From positions 1 through 31,251 of IMG/VR virus record IMGVR_UViG_3300030372_000694: a DNA stretch of 31,251 bases; one strand, 5' to 3'. Of this stretch, positions 1 to 10,266 are shown in pieces (within the stretch, counting starts at the first letter, position 1; each line of letters starts with the position of its first letter). A model generated the notes under the pieces. That model was not told the DNA's origin. It saw only the letters and a list, made by a program, of their open reading frames with translations, and searched no databases. A program made the translations under genes and the position numbers. This DNA is from a virus (Duplodnaviria; Caudoviricetes).

Positions 1-777
1 ACTTTTGGTTTAAATTTAGTAAACGAGGGCGTTAGTTTGATAAGTCCTAACGGAGCCGTGAATAGTCCTCAAGGTATTTTCTGGATGGACAAAAAAGGGT
101 TTTATGTTTATACAGGAGCAGTGACTCCTGTTCCTTGTAGTGTTCAATCTTATGTTTTTGACGATATAAATGAGGGCCAAGCGTTCCAAGCTTTTGCGTT
201 TTTAAATAAACAATTTAATGAGGTAGGATGGTTTTATTGTTCTGCTGATTCTACGTCAGTAGATAGATATGTTGTTTATAACTATGTGGAGCAACTATGG
301 AGCATAGGTCAACTATCACGAACGGCATGGCTCGATGAAGGCATTGTTGCGTTCCCGAGAGCAGCTGGAAAATCTGGATCCTCGCACTTTTTATATCAAC
401 ATGAGACGGGTAATGATGATGACGGCTCTCCTATGGATAACGTCTTTATTGAATCTGCTGACTTCGATCTTGGTGATGGTGAAGAGTTTCAGTTTATTAG
501 GAGGATGATTCCTGATGTTAAATTTACTGGGACAGGTGGTTCTGGTCAACAACTAAACGTTGTCCTTAAACAACGAAACTTTCCAGGGGAATCCTTAACT
601 ACTGACCAAACAAGTAGTTTTACTGCTTCGACTACTAAAATAGATATGCGAGGAAGAGCTAGACAAGCTACGTTACGTTTTGAATCAGACGATGATGCAG
701 ATTCAGGTATTAGATTAGGAGTAGGTTTTAGAATCGGCGGTACACGATTAGATATAAGACCTAACGGGAAACGATGA
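1..777 (+). CDS. Virion tail/stabilisation protein (tail tubular B / P22 gp10-like), 5' truncated
   Basis: Frame is open from base 1 (TFGLNLVNEGVSLISPNG...). Beta-rich sequence with motifs WFYCS...DRYVVYNY...W..G.LSRTAW and C-terminal RGRARQ...G.RIG..RLDIRP.GKR, typical of marine podovirus tail proteins. It lies upstream of the internal virion genes. Confidence 0.6.
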   Translation, partial: TFGLNLVNEGVSLISPNGAVNSPQGIFWMDKKGFYVYTGAVTPVPCSVQSYVFDDINEGQAFQAFAFLNKQFNEVGWFYCSADSTSVDRYVVYNYVEQLWSIGQLSRTAWLDEGIVAFPRAAGKSGSSHFLYQHETGNDDDGSPMDNVFIESADFDLGDGEEFQFIRRMIPDVKFTGTGGSGQQLNVVLKQRNFPGESLTTDQTSSFTASTTKIDMRGRARQATLRFESDDDADSGIRLGVGFRIGGTRLDIRPNGKR

Positions 778-1100
778 GTAAATTATTACAAGGTACGTTA
801 CCGTTTTCTCAAGGAGAAACTGTTCTCTCGGAGACCTATAACAGAAGCGTTCGTTTATTAGAACTTAGTTTAGGAGCGGTAGACCCTGACGCCACTCCAC
901 AGTTTACTAGTGCTAGAAGAGATGAGCTAAGTTTCCAAGCAGGGTCTATAATTTGGAATACTACAGAAGAGGTTCTTCAGGTATATTTAGGCAATTCTTG
1001 GCAGAATATTTCGACGCCAAGCACGTCTGGACTGAGCGCAACAGGGAGCGTGGGCACAGTTCAAGTCGTTACTAACGGTAACATAACAGTGGCCTTGTAA
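774..1100 (+). CDS. Hypothetical virion-associated protein
   Basis: 108 aa ORF with ATGA overlap with the previous stop. GSIIWNTTEEVLQVYLGNSW resembles tail-fibre-associated motifs. Confidence 0.6.
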   Translation: MSKLLQGTLPFSQGETVLSETYNRSVRLLELSLGAVDPDATPQFTSARRDELSFQAGSIIWNTTEEVLQVYLGNSWQNISTPSTSGLSATGSVGTVQVVTNGNITVAL

Positions 1101-1102
1101 CT

Positions 1103-1330
1103 ATGAAAAAGACGAAGAAAAAGCCTAAAGTTCCTGCAAAATATTTAGCTGGTCTTTCTTCGAAAGAAAAAACAAAACGAAAGAAAGAAATAGCTAAAAA
1201 CAAAAAGAAAGCGATGGACGATCCTACTGCTTATAAATTTTCTACTGATAAGAAAAAAGGTAAGCCTAGGAAAACGATAGAGTCTAAATATACTCGTAGG
1301 TTTAGAGAGAGGTTTGGTACAACAGCATGA
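1103..1330 (+). CDS. Small basic protein, resembles the N-terminal half of DUF5824 proteins
   Basis: 75 aa, very Lys-rich, motif VPAKYLAGLS...AYKFSTD...ESKYTRRFRERFG. Starts 2 bp after the previous stop. Confidence 0.6.
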   Translation: MKKTKKKPKVPAKYLAGLSSKEKTKRKKEIAKNKKKAMDDPTAYKFSTDKKKGKPRKTIESKYTRRFRERFGTTA

Positions 1331-1611
1331 GTCTTTCAGCAAAAACTAAAAAGGCACTTTCTAATAAAGCCAAAGCAGCTCGTGAAAAAGGTAAAAAAGT
1401 AACCGCTGGTCAATTAGGACGAGTATATAAACGAGGATTAGCAGCTTATAAAACAGGTCATCGTCCTGGAACTTCTCAGCATCAATGGGCCATGGCCCGT
1501 GTAAATTCTGTTTTAACAGGGGGTAAGGCAGCTACCGTTGATAAAGATATTATGAAAGGTAAAAAAGCTGCTAGTAAATCTAAACCTAAAAAGAAAACTA
1601 AAACAGCATGA
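1327..1611 (+). CDS. Small basic protein, DUF5824-like C-terminal half
   Basis: Motif VYKRGLAAYKTGHRPGTSQHQWAMARVNS..GGKA..VDKD, recognised from the DUF5824 family. ATGA overlaps at both ends. Confidence 0.7.
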   Translation: MSLSAKTKKALSNKAKAAREKGKKVTAGQLGRVYKRGLAAYKTGHRPGTSQHQWAMARVNSVLTGGKAATVDKDIMKGKKAASKSKPKKKTKTA

Positions 1612-2510
1612 CAAGTATTTTTAGTGACGAGCAACGTGATTCTCTTATGAGGGCAATGACTAACCCTGAATCTAACGCTCGTAAAATGATGGAACAAAAT
1701 CAGGAGATAGGTATGTCTCCTGATATTACTACTGAAATTTTAAATAAATATGCTACTTACGGTGCTAATACAGGTATCGGTGAAATAGGTGGTGATAACT
1801 TAGTTGATGCTCTTAACGAAGAATATCGTAAAGCAGTAGACGCCCCACTACGCGAAATGTCAGAAAAGGCTAGTGAGGGAACTCGCGGAGGTGTTCAACC
1901 ACAAATTCCTCAAATAGAAGTTCCTAGTGGCTCTGCAGCACGAGAGATAGAAAACGCTATAAAAAAAGCTCAAGAATTATTAGCAGGAAGTAATTTTTCT
2001 ACTTCTCCTGAAGGGGGAGTTAGTGTGGCACAAGGGTTAGAAAATGCAATTAATAGCCCTTATATTTTTGATGATTTAGGAGTAGCTGCTGAACCAGTAG
2101 CTGCTGATCCCACAGAAGTTGAAACCCCCACCGAAGAGGGTTTAACCGAGGGACAAGAGGCTCTTACAAAAATAGCCTCTACTCTTGGTAGTATTTTAGC
2201 TCAAGAATTAATTAATCCACTGGACGAAGATCCTGATCCGATAATCCGTGCTGTAAAACCTAAACCGTTTAGAACAAAACAAATACGGTCACAACGTATA
2301 GGTATGGAAGACGGAGGTACGGTATTAAACCGTAAAATGTTTTTAGGAGGGGGCGAAGTTGACGGGCCAGGAGGCCCAAAAGAAGATTTAGTTCCAATAT
2401 GGGCGAGCGATAAAGAATATGTTGTATCGCATAAAGGTGTAAAACGTATGGGAGGCGGTGACTTCGATAAAGGTATCGCTGCTCTTGATAAAATAAATTT
2501 TGGTAAATAA
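1608..2510 (+). CDS. Putative internal virion protein
   Basis: 300 aa. C-terminal GGEVDGPGGPKEDLVPIWASDKEYVV...GGG motif is seen in phage virion/tape-measure-associated proteins. Tight operon packing. Confidence 0.55.
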   Translation: MTSIFSDEQRDSLMRAMTNPESNARKMMEQNQEIGMSPDITTEILNKYATYGANTGIGEIGGDNLVDALNEEYRKAVDAPLREMSEKASEGTRGGVQPQIPQIEVPSGSAAREIENAIKKAQELLAGSNFSTSPEGGVSVAQGLENAINSPYIFDDLGVAAEPVAADPTEVETPTEEGLTEGQEALTKIASTLGSILAQELINPLDEDPDPIIRAVKPKPFRTKQIRSQRIGMEDGGTVLNRKMFLGGGEVDGPGGPKEDLVPIWASDKEYVVSHKGVKRMGGGDFDKGIAALDKINFGK

Positions 2511-2512
2511 TT

Positions 2513-4078
2513 ATGTCTACAGAAACTGCATATAGTTATCAGGCTCCCGATCAACTTATTTATAATTTACTTACGGGGGCTGATGCAGGGCTACAGATTG
2601 ATCCTGAAACAGGTAAAAGCACTCGTTTAGGTTTATTACCTCTTGTTGAGCAATATTACCGAAGTCAATTTGAAGGATTAGGTGAACCTGATACTTCTCC
2701 GTTTACTTATACAGACCCACGTATTGAAGGGTTTACTCCTAGAGAAGAACTTGCAATGAAACTTGCAGATCAGGGTATTGGTGCTTTTCAACCTTACTTT
2801 TCAAGAGCGTCAGGATTAACTGAAGAAGCCCTTGCTACGTTAGCCGGTGGAACTTCAGAAGCTAAAGATCAAGTTATAAGAGCTTTACAACAAGGTGAAG
2901 ATTATACACGCACTGGATTAGATACAGGTGTTGATTTTACCGCTCGAGGGGTTAGGAAAGCTTCAGAAGCAGAGGGTTCTGAACTTGCAGGTGTTCGTGA
3001 GGCAACAGCAGCTGCACGAAGAGCCGAAGGATTACAAAACCCATTCATAGACGAAGCAAGTCAATTAACACGTGCTAGTACAGCGGGTTTTGATACGGCT
3101 GATATTGATCGTTATATGGATCCTTATGAAGATAGGGTTGTACAACAAACAATTAAAGATTTAGAAAAAGCAGCAGCACAAAGAGATATCGCTAGTGATG
3201 CAGCTGAAGTTACTTCAGGGGCATTCGGAGGATCTCGTTCTCGTTTAGGAGCACAAGAAAGACAAATAGCTGAAACTCGTGGATTAGCTGATGCGGTGGC
3301 TGGTATTCGTAGCCGAGGGTTCGAAGGTGCTAGGGGTGCTGCCATGGGTGAATTTGGTAGACAAAGAGGTGCTGAAGCGGGAGCTGCGGGTGCAATGGCA
3401 GGTCTTGGTGCTCAAAAAGCTAGTGGTGCAACAGGACTAGCTTCGTTACTTGGTGGGTTTGCAGGTCAAACAGGTGCTGCGCAAAGAGGCACAGCCGGTG
3501 CTTTAGGGCAAGCTGGTCAACAACTTTATGGTATGACTACTGGGGCTGGTCAAGCTATGGCTGATAGAGGTATGGCAGGAGCTGACCGACTAAGTGGATT
3601 AGCTGGGGGATTAGCTGCAGGACAAGAAAGAGGGGCAGGGGCAATGTCTAGTTATGCTGGAATGCTCCCAGGATTACAACAAGGTGATGTTAGTAGTTTA
3701 ATGAATGTAGGTGCGATGAACCGTGCTAGAAATCAAGCTCTTTTAGATTTAAATTATCAAAATTTTGTTGGCCAATATAATTTACCGCAACAACTTATGT
3801 CGGGTTATGCAAATTTCTTAACTGGGGCAGGACCACTTGCTGGTGGTACAGGGTATTCAGGTACTTCTAACGTTCAACCTTTTACTAATATGAGCACAGG
3901 ATATGCTGGTTATGGTATGAAAGACGGTGGTCGACCAATACCGAATAAAGGGTTAGCTGCATTAGCTAAAAAAGCTCCTGAAGCCGTAAGACAGATGGGG
4001 TTTAATCCTGTAAAAGCACAACGTGGAGGACTCGCATCACGGTTCCCAATGTCATCTAGTAAGTTAGGTGCAGCATAG
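2513..4078 (+). CDS. Putative internal virion / DNA ejection protein (Gly/Ala-rich)
   Basis: 521 aa with YMDPYEDRVVQ and GAFGGSR motifs followed by a long G/A/Q-rich helical region, typical of podoviral ejection proteins. Confidence 0.65.
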   Translation: MSTETAYSYQAPDQLIYNLLTGADAGLQIDPETGKSTRLGLLPLVEQYYRSQFEGLGEPDTSPFTYTDPRIEGFTPREELAMKLADQGIGAFQPYFSRASGLTEEALATLAGGTSEAKDQVIRALQQGEDYTRTGLDTGVDFTARGVRKASEAEGSELAGVREATAAARRAEGLQNPFIDEASQLTRASTAGFDTADIDRYMDPYEDRVVQQTIKDLEKAAAQRDIASDAAEVTSGAFGGSRSRLGAQERQIAETRGLADAVAGIRSRGFEGARGAAMGEFGRQRGAEAGAAGAMAGLGAQKASGATGLASLLGGFAGQTGAAQRGTAGALGQAGQQLYGMTTGAGQAMADRGMAGADRLSGLAGGLAAGQERGAGAMSSYAGMLPGLQQGDVSSLMNVGAMNRARNQALLDLNYQNFVGQYNLPQQLMSGYANFLTGAGPLAGGTGYSGTSNVQPFTNMSTGYAGYGMKDGGRPIPNKGLAALAKKAPEAVRQMGFNPVKAQRGGLASRFPMSSSKLGAA

Positions 4079-6342
4079 TGGCTCAACAACAAAACTTCGG
4101 TTTTAATATAGGCGGGGGCGGTATCGCAGACCTCGTAAAAGCTCCTACGATTACCCCTGCTCGGGGTTTTTCTTTCTCCCCTACTCCTACTATACGAAGG
4201 GAAAAAGACCCTAAGGACGCTTTAAAAGGAGCTTTATTAGGTGCTATTGCTCCGTCAGCAGCAGGATTAGCTTTATCTGGTTTAGGTAAAATCCCAGGAT
4301 TAGAAAAACTTTTATATAAAGATGATTCGTTTTCTAAAGATGCTCAAATAGATTTACCTGATACAACTACTGAGTTGCCAAAAGTAGCTGAAGGGCCACA
4401 AGGAATAATAGACGCTTTAAGAAAACAACGTTTATCTGAAATAGATAAAATTTTACCTGAGTTAAAAGGCCCAAAAACTAAAACAGCATTTGGTAATCTT
4501 TTACAACAAGCTATTCAATATGCTCCTGGGTTAGCTTTCGATGACGATGACTCAGATGCAGCTGACGCTTATATTAAATCGGTACAGGGTTCTTCTAAAA
4601 CATTAGCTGATTTAGATAAATTAAAAAGAGACGCAGCTTTAAAAAGAAGCCAAGCTAGAGGAACAGCAGCTACTCAAGTAAAACCTGAATTAGATCGTGT
4701 TACAGTAAATACTTTTTATAAAGATGACAACACTGGAATAATACAAGGGTATCAAACTAACGGATTAAGAGATAAAAAGACAGGACGCACATGGATTGAG
4801 AGTCGTGGAAATGACTTTATAGATATAGATCCTTTAAACCCTAATAAAACAGTAGACAAAGGTAAGTATTATATAAACGAAACAGCTACTTTACTTGACG
4901 GTGAAATGGCTGAAGTATCAACAGATACTTATCAAGATGCAGATACAGGTGAACTATTTGAGGGTCATCTCCGTAAATTTACAGACCCAGAAACAGGACA
5001 AGAAAAGTTACAAACTGTTTTTGTTGATCCATTAGATGCGACAAAAGAAATTACTCGTAAAGAACTTGCTCTAAGAGGAAGAAACCTTACTACTTATGTA
5101 GAAAAATTTGAAAAAGTACCTTTTCCTGATTTTGAAGACGAAGATTTAATAAAAGATTTTACAGATCAAGAAACAAATCGTCAAGCTCTTAAAACAATGG
5201 CTGGAACAGCACAAGCAGTTCTTAATACTTTAATGACTGATGATACTGGTGAAATTCAAGTTAAACGAGTAGTTGACCCGAATACTGGGGTTGTTACTTA
5301 TACTGGATTAAATCAGGCAGTTACCTCCTTAGCTCCTAACGTATTGTCTAAAACAGCAGATAGTATCGGTAGAAATATAAAACAATTTGGTGATCAGTTA
5401 GAAACACTGGGAATTGGGTCAGGTGCTTTAGATTCTTTTAATATTTTTGCAAAAAATTTAACAGATGTAGATAGAGGTTATAACGCTAGAGTTTTGATAG
5501 ATTCTATAGATAACTATAACTCTGTATTAAATGATCCAAATGCAAGCAGTCAAAAACAAGCTGGAGCTAGGAAATTAGTTGTTGATGTTTTGATGGATAT
5601 TCAACAATCTGATTCAGTAAAACAAGCTGGAGATTTTGGTGGCTGGTTATCTTACGATGAAGGCCAATTAGATAATTATTTAGCGCGAACAGGGTTGTAT
5701 GGAGCTAATCAAATTAGATTAGCTTATATGGCAGCTGCAGCTGCAGGACAAACAGGTAGAACATTATCAGATAAAGACGTAGCGTTTTTTATGCGACAAA
5801 TGGGTTTTGAAGATGGTAATGCACGTCAGCCGGTCGAAAAAATATTAGATTTTGTTAACCAACAAGTTACAAATTTTGACGGAGCTACAGCGCGAGGAAG
5901 TCGTTTAAATGAATTATCAGCTTTAGAGAATAAAACTGATGAAGAAAAAGATGAGATTTTAAAAAGACAAAACGCTGCTCTTGCAGGTATGTTTAAAATT
6001 CCTTTAGATAAATTAGAAAAATTAAGAACCAGTAAAGATCCTAAAGAAATAGAAAATTTAAAATCAGAAATACGCAACAATTACATATATGCTGCTACTA
6101 GGGGGAAAGCACTTTATTTGTGGGAATTTAATAAAGAACACCAAATTTTTGCACCCTATAGTTTTGCAAAAGAATTTAAAAGAAATAAAAACCTTATCAA
6201 TCTAAATAAATATTTAGAAATTTTTGGTTATGACATCCTTACAGGAGAAAGAACATTAGGTGAAAGACGTGATCCTACTAGCACTCCTTCACAACAACAA
6301 AAAGTAAACCCTGCTGTTGCCAGAGAACTTAAAAAGATCTAA
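4078..6342 (+). CDS. Putative internal virion protein
   Basis: 754 aa ORF, GTG start overlapping the previous TAG. GRTLSDKD motif; position within the ejection-protein cluster. Confidence 0.55.
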   Translation: MAQQQNFGFNIGGGGIADLVKAPTITPARGFSFSPTPTIRREKDPKDALKGALLGAIAPSAAGLALSGLGKIPGLEKLLYKDDSFSKDAQIDLPDTTTELPKVAEGPQGIIDALRKQRLSEIDKILPELKGPKTKTAFGNLLQQAIQYAPGLAFDDDDSDAADAYIKSVQGSSKTLADLDKLKRDAALKRSQARGTAATQVKPELDRVTVNTFYKDDNTGIIQGYQTNGLRDKKTGRTWIESRGNDFIDIDPLNPNKTVDKGKYYINETATLLDGEMAEVSTDTYQDADTGELFEGHLRKFTDPETGQEKLQTVFVDPLDATKEITRKELALRGRNLTTYVEKFEKVPFPDFEDEDLIKDFTDQETNRQALKTMAGTAQAVLNTLMTDDTGEIQVKRVVDPNTGVVTYTGLNQAVTSLAPNVLSKTADSIGRNIKQFGDQLETLGIGSGALDSFNIFAKNLTDVDRGYNARVLIDSIDNYNSVLNDPNASSQKQAGARKLVVDVLMDIQQSDSVKQAGDFGGWLSYDEGQLDNYLARTGLYGANQIRLAYMAAAAAGQTGRTLSDKDVAFFMRQMGFEDGNARQPVEKILDFVNQQVTNFDGATARGSRLNELSALENKTDEEKDEILKRQNAALAGMFKIPLDKLEKLRTSKDPKEIENLKSEIRNNYIYAATRGKALYLWEFNKEHQIFAPYSFAKEFKRNKNLINLNKYLEIFGYDILTGERTLGERRDPTSTPSQQQKVNPAVARELKKI

Positions 6343-6345
6343 ATA

Positions 6346-9300
6346 ATGGCACAAGTAGATCAAGTAGCAGTATTAGGTAGGGATTTTTATACAGATCCTT
6401 TTTGGAAAGAGCTGTATGACGATACACGTGTCTATCTCAGGGATGAACCAATAGCTGCTAAATATTACAACCCTGGAACACAAGAAACACAAAACTATAC
6501 TGAAAAAGATGTTTTAGACGGTGGAGGAATACAAGGCAATTTTGTTTCAGAATCTAGAATTGCAGCTAAAGATGGAACTTTAGATGTTCAATTAATGGCG
6601 TTACCTGATTCAGATAATTATGCTCGTTTAACTGTTTTACAAGCTCTTTTAAATAATCCTGATCTTATGGCGCAAGCTGAAGCTACGGGGAAAATTACAA
6701 GAGAAGAAATAGAAGCCGATTTTCAAATTGGAGGTGGAGAAGAAATATATCGAAGGTATAAAAATATTTTAAATATGGAAAGACCAGAGATTAGTGGCTT
6801 AGGAACTGAAGAAGAATATAAACGAAGAGATGACCCAGAAGCGATAACCTCACCGGCAGTGCAAACAATGTCTCCTGCGGTCATGTTGCTTGAAACAGGT
6901 CGTGAATTTTTTCATGATTTAAATGAAGATCAAAGAGCACAATTACAATTACGTGGAATTAAACCACGTTATTTAGAAAATTATTATCGGATTCCTTTCA
7001 GACAAAAAAGTGACTCTCTTGAATTTAATAAAAGAACAGCGCAAACCCCAAATCATCCTACTGGGTCAGAGTATCTTAATGTAATTAAACCTTTTGACCC
7101 TGTTAGATACAGTGAACGGTTTGGAGACACTTATCCGAAAGTTACGCAAACAAATCCAAAAGATCCTGTAGATGGGTTAGTTATCCAAAGTATATATAAC
7201 CCTATAGATGAAGAGACAGGTAAACCAGCGTGGCTTCCAGTAGAACAAGTACAGCCTGTAGAAAGTGCTTTAGATGGAAATTTAGAGCCTTTTTTAAACG
7301 AAATGGAAAAATTTGCTGCTCAAGAGGGCCTCCCTATAGCAGGTGGGCTGGGAATAATGGGGTTAATTACTAAATTTACCCGTAGTCGAATTCAGAAAAG
7401 ATTAAAACGAACAGCAGAAGATTTAAGGCAAGGAAAAGCTCCTAGTGATGAACAATTCGGAATTTTTGGAAAAATGTTTCCTAGGGGTAGTAAAAGAGAA
7501 ACTGCCTTAGAAATTGGATTAACTTCTCTAGGGTATGCGTCTACAGAAGCAGCTACAAAATTTGCAATGATAGCTAGTGGAACAGTAGGGGATGATCCTA
7601 CTCAACCAGATTTACAATTTAATAGAGCTTTAAGAGATTCTGGTGCACTTTTTCAAAGTGCTTTAATGTATGGTGCAGCTGGCGATGCTTTTTTAAGAAC
7701 AATGGGATATGTGTGGGGGAGGATGACAGGTAGGGTTCCTTCAAACAATCTAATGGATCAAATGATTGTAGAAGCTCGAGTTTTAGGTGGTCGAATTAGA
7801 GGGATTCAAGCAGATAGCCCTGATGCTTTACCAGAAGATTTAGACGCTGGTCAAAGAGAAAGAATACGAGAATTATTAAACGATCCTGAATTTAATCCCC
7901 CTGAAACTAAATTAGGGGGAACTGTAAAAGAACAAAAACAGCTGGTTGATGAAAGTTCTCGCAAAGTAATAGAACTTTTAAAAGGCAGATATCAAACATT
8001 AGGCCAATTATCTCAAAATGATGTAATGCAAGCTATGGAAGAAGTTCTTGCTTTAGATTTAGGCCCAGCTAGTACTTATGGAAGTAGATTTGAAAATATA
8101 GCTGCAGAAAACTCTGCAGTATTAGATGATTTTTATAACGCTATTGTAAGACAAACGGGAGCTGATCCTGTTTTAAAAGATGCTTTTCCAGAAACATTTT
8201 CAAAAGCAGACGTAAATGAAATATTTAGAGGAATAAGAGGACAACAACTTTTAGATGATTTAAGCGCAGAAGAATTAAAAATACTTGACGCTCAAGCTAC
8301 AGCGGATATTAAAAACTTAATCCCCCCAGCAGCTAGAGAACAAAGAGCAACAGATGCTGCCATTGTACAAGAGCAAGTAAGCACTGCTCAATCAAAACTT
8401 TTCCCAGATAGTAAATCTCGTTTATTGATAATGAAACAAAACGAGATAAAAGACGCATATTCTGAAATTGAAAACGTTTTAAATGAAAGTGCGTACACAG
8501 ATCCTGCTAATGCCATAAAACTGCCTTTTTATATAAAAGCTGAGTTAAATGATTTTTTAAACGCTAATAAAGAATCAGGAAGTGTCTTTTCAACTTTAGA
8601 TGCAGATGAAGCCTCTCAAGTAATAAGAGATATGTTGCCTATGCGAGATGACGAAGGCATAAGTATTAAAGCTTTATTAGGAATAGCTCAAAAAGAAGGA
8701 GGAGGGTTTGCTACGCAAAGAGCATTTACTCCTGCTGAAGTAATAAGAACAAGACAAAACTTACAATCTGTTGTCAATGGACACCCTAATCCTATTGTTA
8801 GGGAAAAAGGTGAGAATTTAGTAAAAGCGTTTGATAGAGCTATCGACGCACAACATAAGAAAATGTATACAAATCTAACAGGGGATAAAAAAGCCCCTGA
8901 TAATATGGATGAAGTTTATGATCTTATTGGATTAGATTATCAACAAGCTGCTCTTGGATTAAAACAGACACAACAAGAACTTTCTAGCCGTTATCTTTTA
9001 GACATAGTTAAACGTCCAGAAAATGAGATAGGACAGTTTATTAGAACTTCTAACCCTGATCAAGTTAGAGCATTAGTAAATTTACTATCAAGACAAGAAG
9101 GCGGTCTTGAAAAATTAGAAAGTGTAAAACAGTTAGTTTTAGATTCTATATCAAGAGAAGTCCGTAACCCCTTCGCTGCTGAAGGCAGTGAGATACTTCG
9201 AAGAGGGGATCAAGCTAAAAAGTTTGAAAAAATATTGCAAAATAATGAAGAGCAATTAAGAGCTTTATTCCCTGAAGATTTTGTAACTTTTACAAATTTT

Positions 9301-10266
9301 CCTAGCTTAATGGACACGGCTTCTAAAGCTATAAAAGAATCAAAAGTAAATATAAGAGCTTTACAAAAAGAATTAGAAAAACTAGCAGACCCAGAAACAG
9401 GGGAAGTTCCTGCAATAACCGATGTATTAGATAGATTTTTCGGAATGTCTAGCACAACAGCTAGAGCTTTTGATCAAACTACAGCTCAACAAAGTTTAAA
9501 AGAAATAAGTAAACTCGCTGATAAATTCCCTGAGTTACGATCAGCTATGAAGCAGTATTTTGGTGAAGAAATCCTTATTAAACAGTTACAAACTCCTTTT
9601 TACAGAGCAGCTAAACCTGGACAAAGGATGAGAAGAGCAGCTGATGTTGAAAGTCCTTTTAATTTCAATAATCTAAGAAGAATGTTTTTAGATCCGTATA
9701 ACACAGATCGAGAGTTAGCTAATAATTTAGAGCTTATTGTTGGTAAAGAAGACGCATTAAGATATGCAAAAGATTTAAGAATTTTAGCTAGACAAATAAA
9801 TAAACAATCTGGGTTTTCTGGAAGTCCTATAAGTCGATACGCTAGACAAGTTGCAGGTGACGTGACCGAGCCTGGGAGAAAAGGTGGATATGCTGAAACT
9901 GTAAGACAAGTTAGAAAACTTATTTTTGGGCCTCTCGATTTAACAAGTACGAGAATAGGCACTTCACAAGAAATTCTTTTAAATAAACTAGATAAAAGAA
10001 AATTAGAATTTTTAGCTAAAATTGTTTTAGAACCAGAAAGGTTAAGAGCCTATTTGAAAGCTGAACAGTTAAAACTTCCTGCTATAAATATGTTGAAATT
10101 AATGGGTACAATAGCTTATGGAAGAATTGAAAACGTAGGAGGAGCAGCTAACGAAGATGAGGCTGTTGCTCAAGCGTTTAGAGACCGTCTTAGCACATTA
10201 ACTGAAGAATCAAGAGGATTTCTTGAAACAAGTAAAAGATATTTAGAGGAAGCTTTTTATGATTAA
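6346..10266 (+). CDS. Large putative internal virion / ejection protein
   Basis: 1306 aa, predicted largely helical; largest gene of the cluster. No catalytic motif recognised. Confidence 0.55.
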   Translation: MAQVDQVAVLGRDFYTDPFWKELYDDTRVYLRDEPIAAKYYNPGTQETQNYTEKDVLDGGGIQGNFVSESRIAAKDGTLDVQLMALPDSDNYARLTVLQALLNNPDLMAQAEATGKITREEIEADFQIGGGEEIYRRYKNILNMERPEISGLGTEEEYKRRDDPEAITSPAVQTMSPAVMLLETGREFFHDLNEDQRAQLQLRGIKPRYLENYYRIPFRQKSDSLEFNKRTAQTPNHPTGSEYLNVIKPFDPVRYSERFGDTYPKVTQTNPKDPVDGLVIQSIYNPIDEETGKPAWLPVEQVQPVESALDGNLEPFLNEMEKFAAQEGLPIAGGLGIMGLITKFTRSRIQKRLKRTAEDLRQGKAPSDEQFGIFGKMFPRGSKRETALEIGLTSLGYASTEAATKFAMIASGTVGDDPTQPDLQFNRALRDSGALFQSALMYGAAGDAFLRTMGYVWGRMTGRVPSNNLMDQMIVEARVLGGRIRGIQADSPDALPEDLDAGQRERIRELLNDPEFNPPETKLGGTVKEQKQLVDESSRKVIELLKGRYQTLGQLSQNDVMQAMEEVLALDLGPASTYGSRFENIAAENSAVLDDFYNAIVRQTGADPVLKDAFPETFSKADVNEIFRGIRGQQLLDDLSAEELKILDAQATADIKNLIPPAAREQRATDAAIVQEQVSTAQSKLFPDSKSRLLIMKQNEIKDAYSEIENVLNESAYTDPANAIKLPFYIKAELNDFLNANKESGSVFSTLDADEASQVIRDMLPMRDDEGISIKALLGIAQKEGGGFATQRAFTPAEVIRTRQNLQSVVNGHPNPIVREKGENLVKAFDRAIDAQHKKMYTNLTGDKKAPDNMDEVYDLIGLDYQQAALGLKQTQQELSSRYLLDIVKRPENEIGQFIRTSNPDQVRALVNLLSRQEGGLEKLESVKQLVLDSISREVRNPFAAEGSEILRRGDQAKKFEKILQNNEEQLRALFPEDFVTFTNFPSLMDTASKAIKESKVNIRALQKELEKLADPETGEVPAITDVLDRFFGMSSTTARAFDQTTAQQSLKEISKLADKFPELRSAMKQYFGEEILIKQLQTPFYRAAKPGQRMRRAADVESPFNFNNLRRMFLDPYNTDRELANNLELIVGKEDALRYAKDLRILARQINKQSGFSGSPISRYARQVAGDVTEPGRKGGYAETVRQVRKLIFGPLDLTSTRIGTSQEILLNKLDKRKLEFLAKIVLEPERLRAYLKAEQLKLPAINMLKLMGTIAYGRIENVGGAANEDEAVAQAFRDRLSTLTEESRGFLETSKRYLEEAFYD

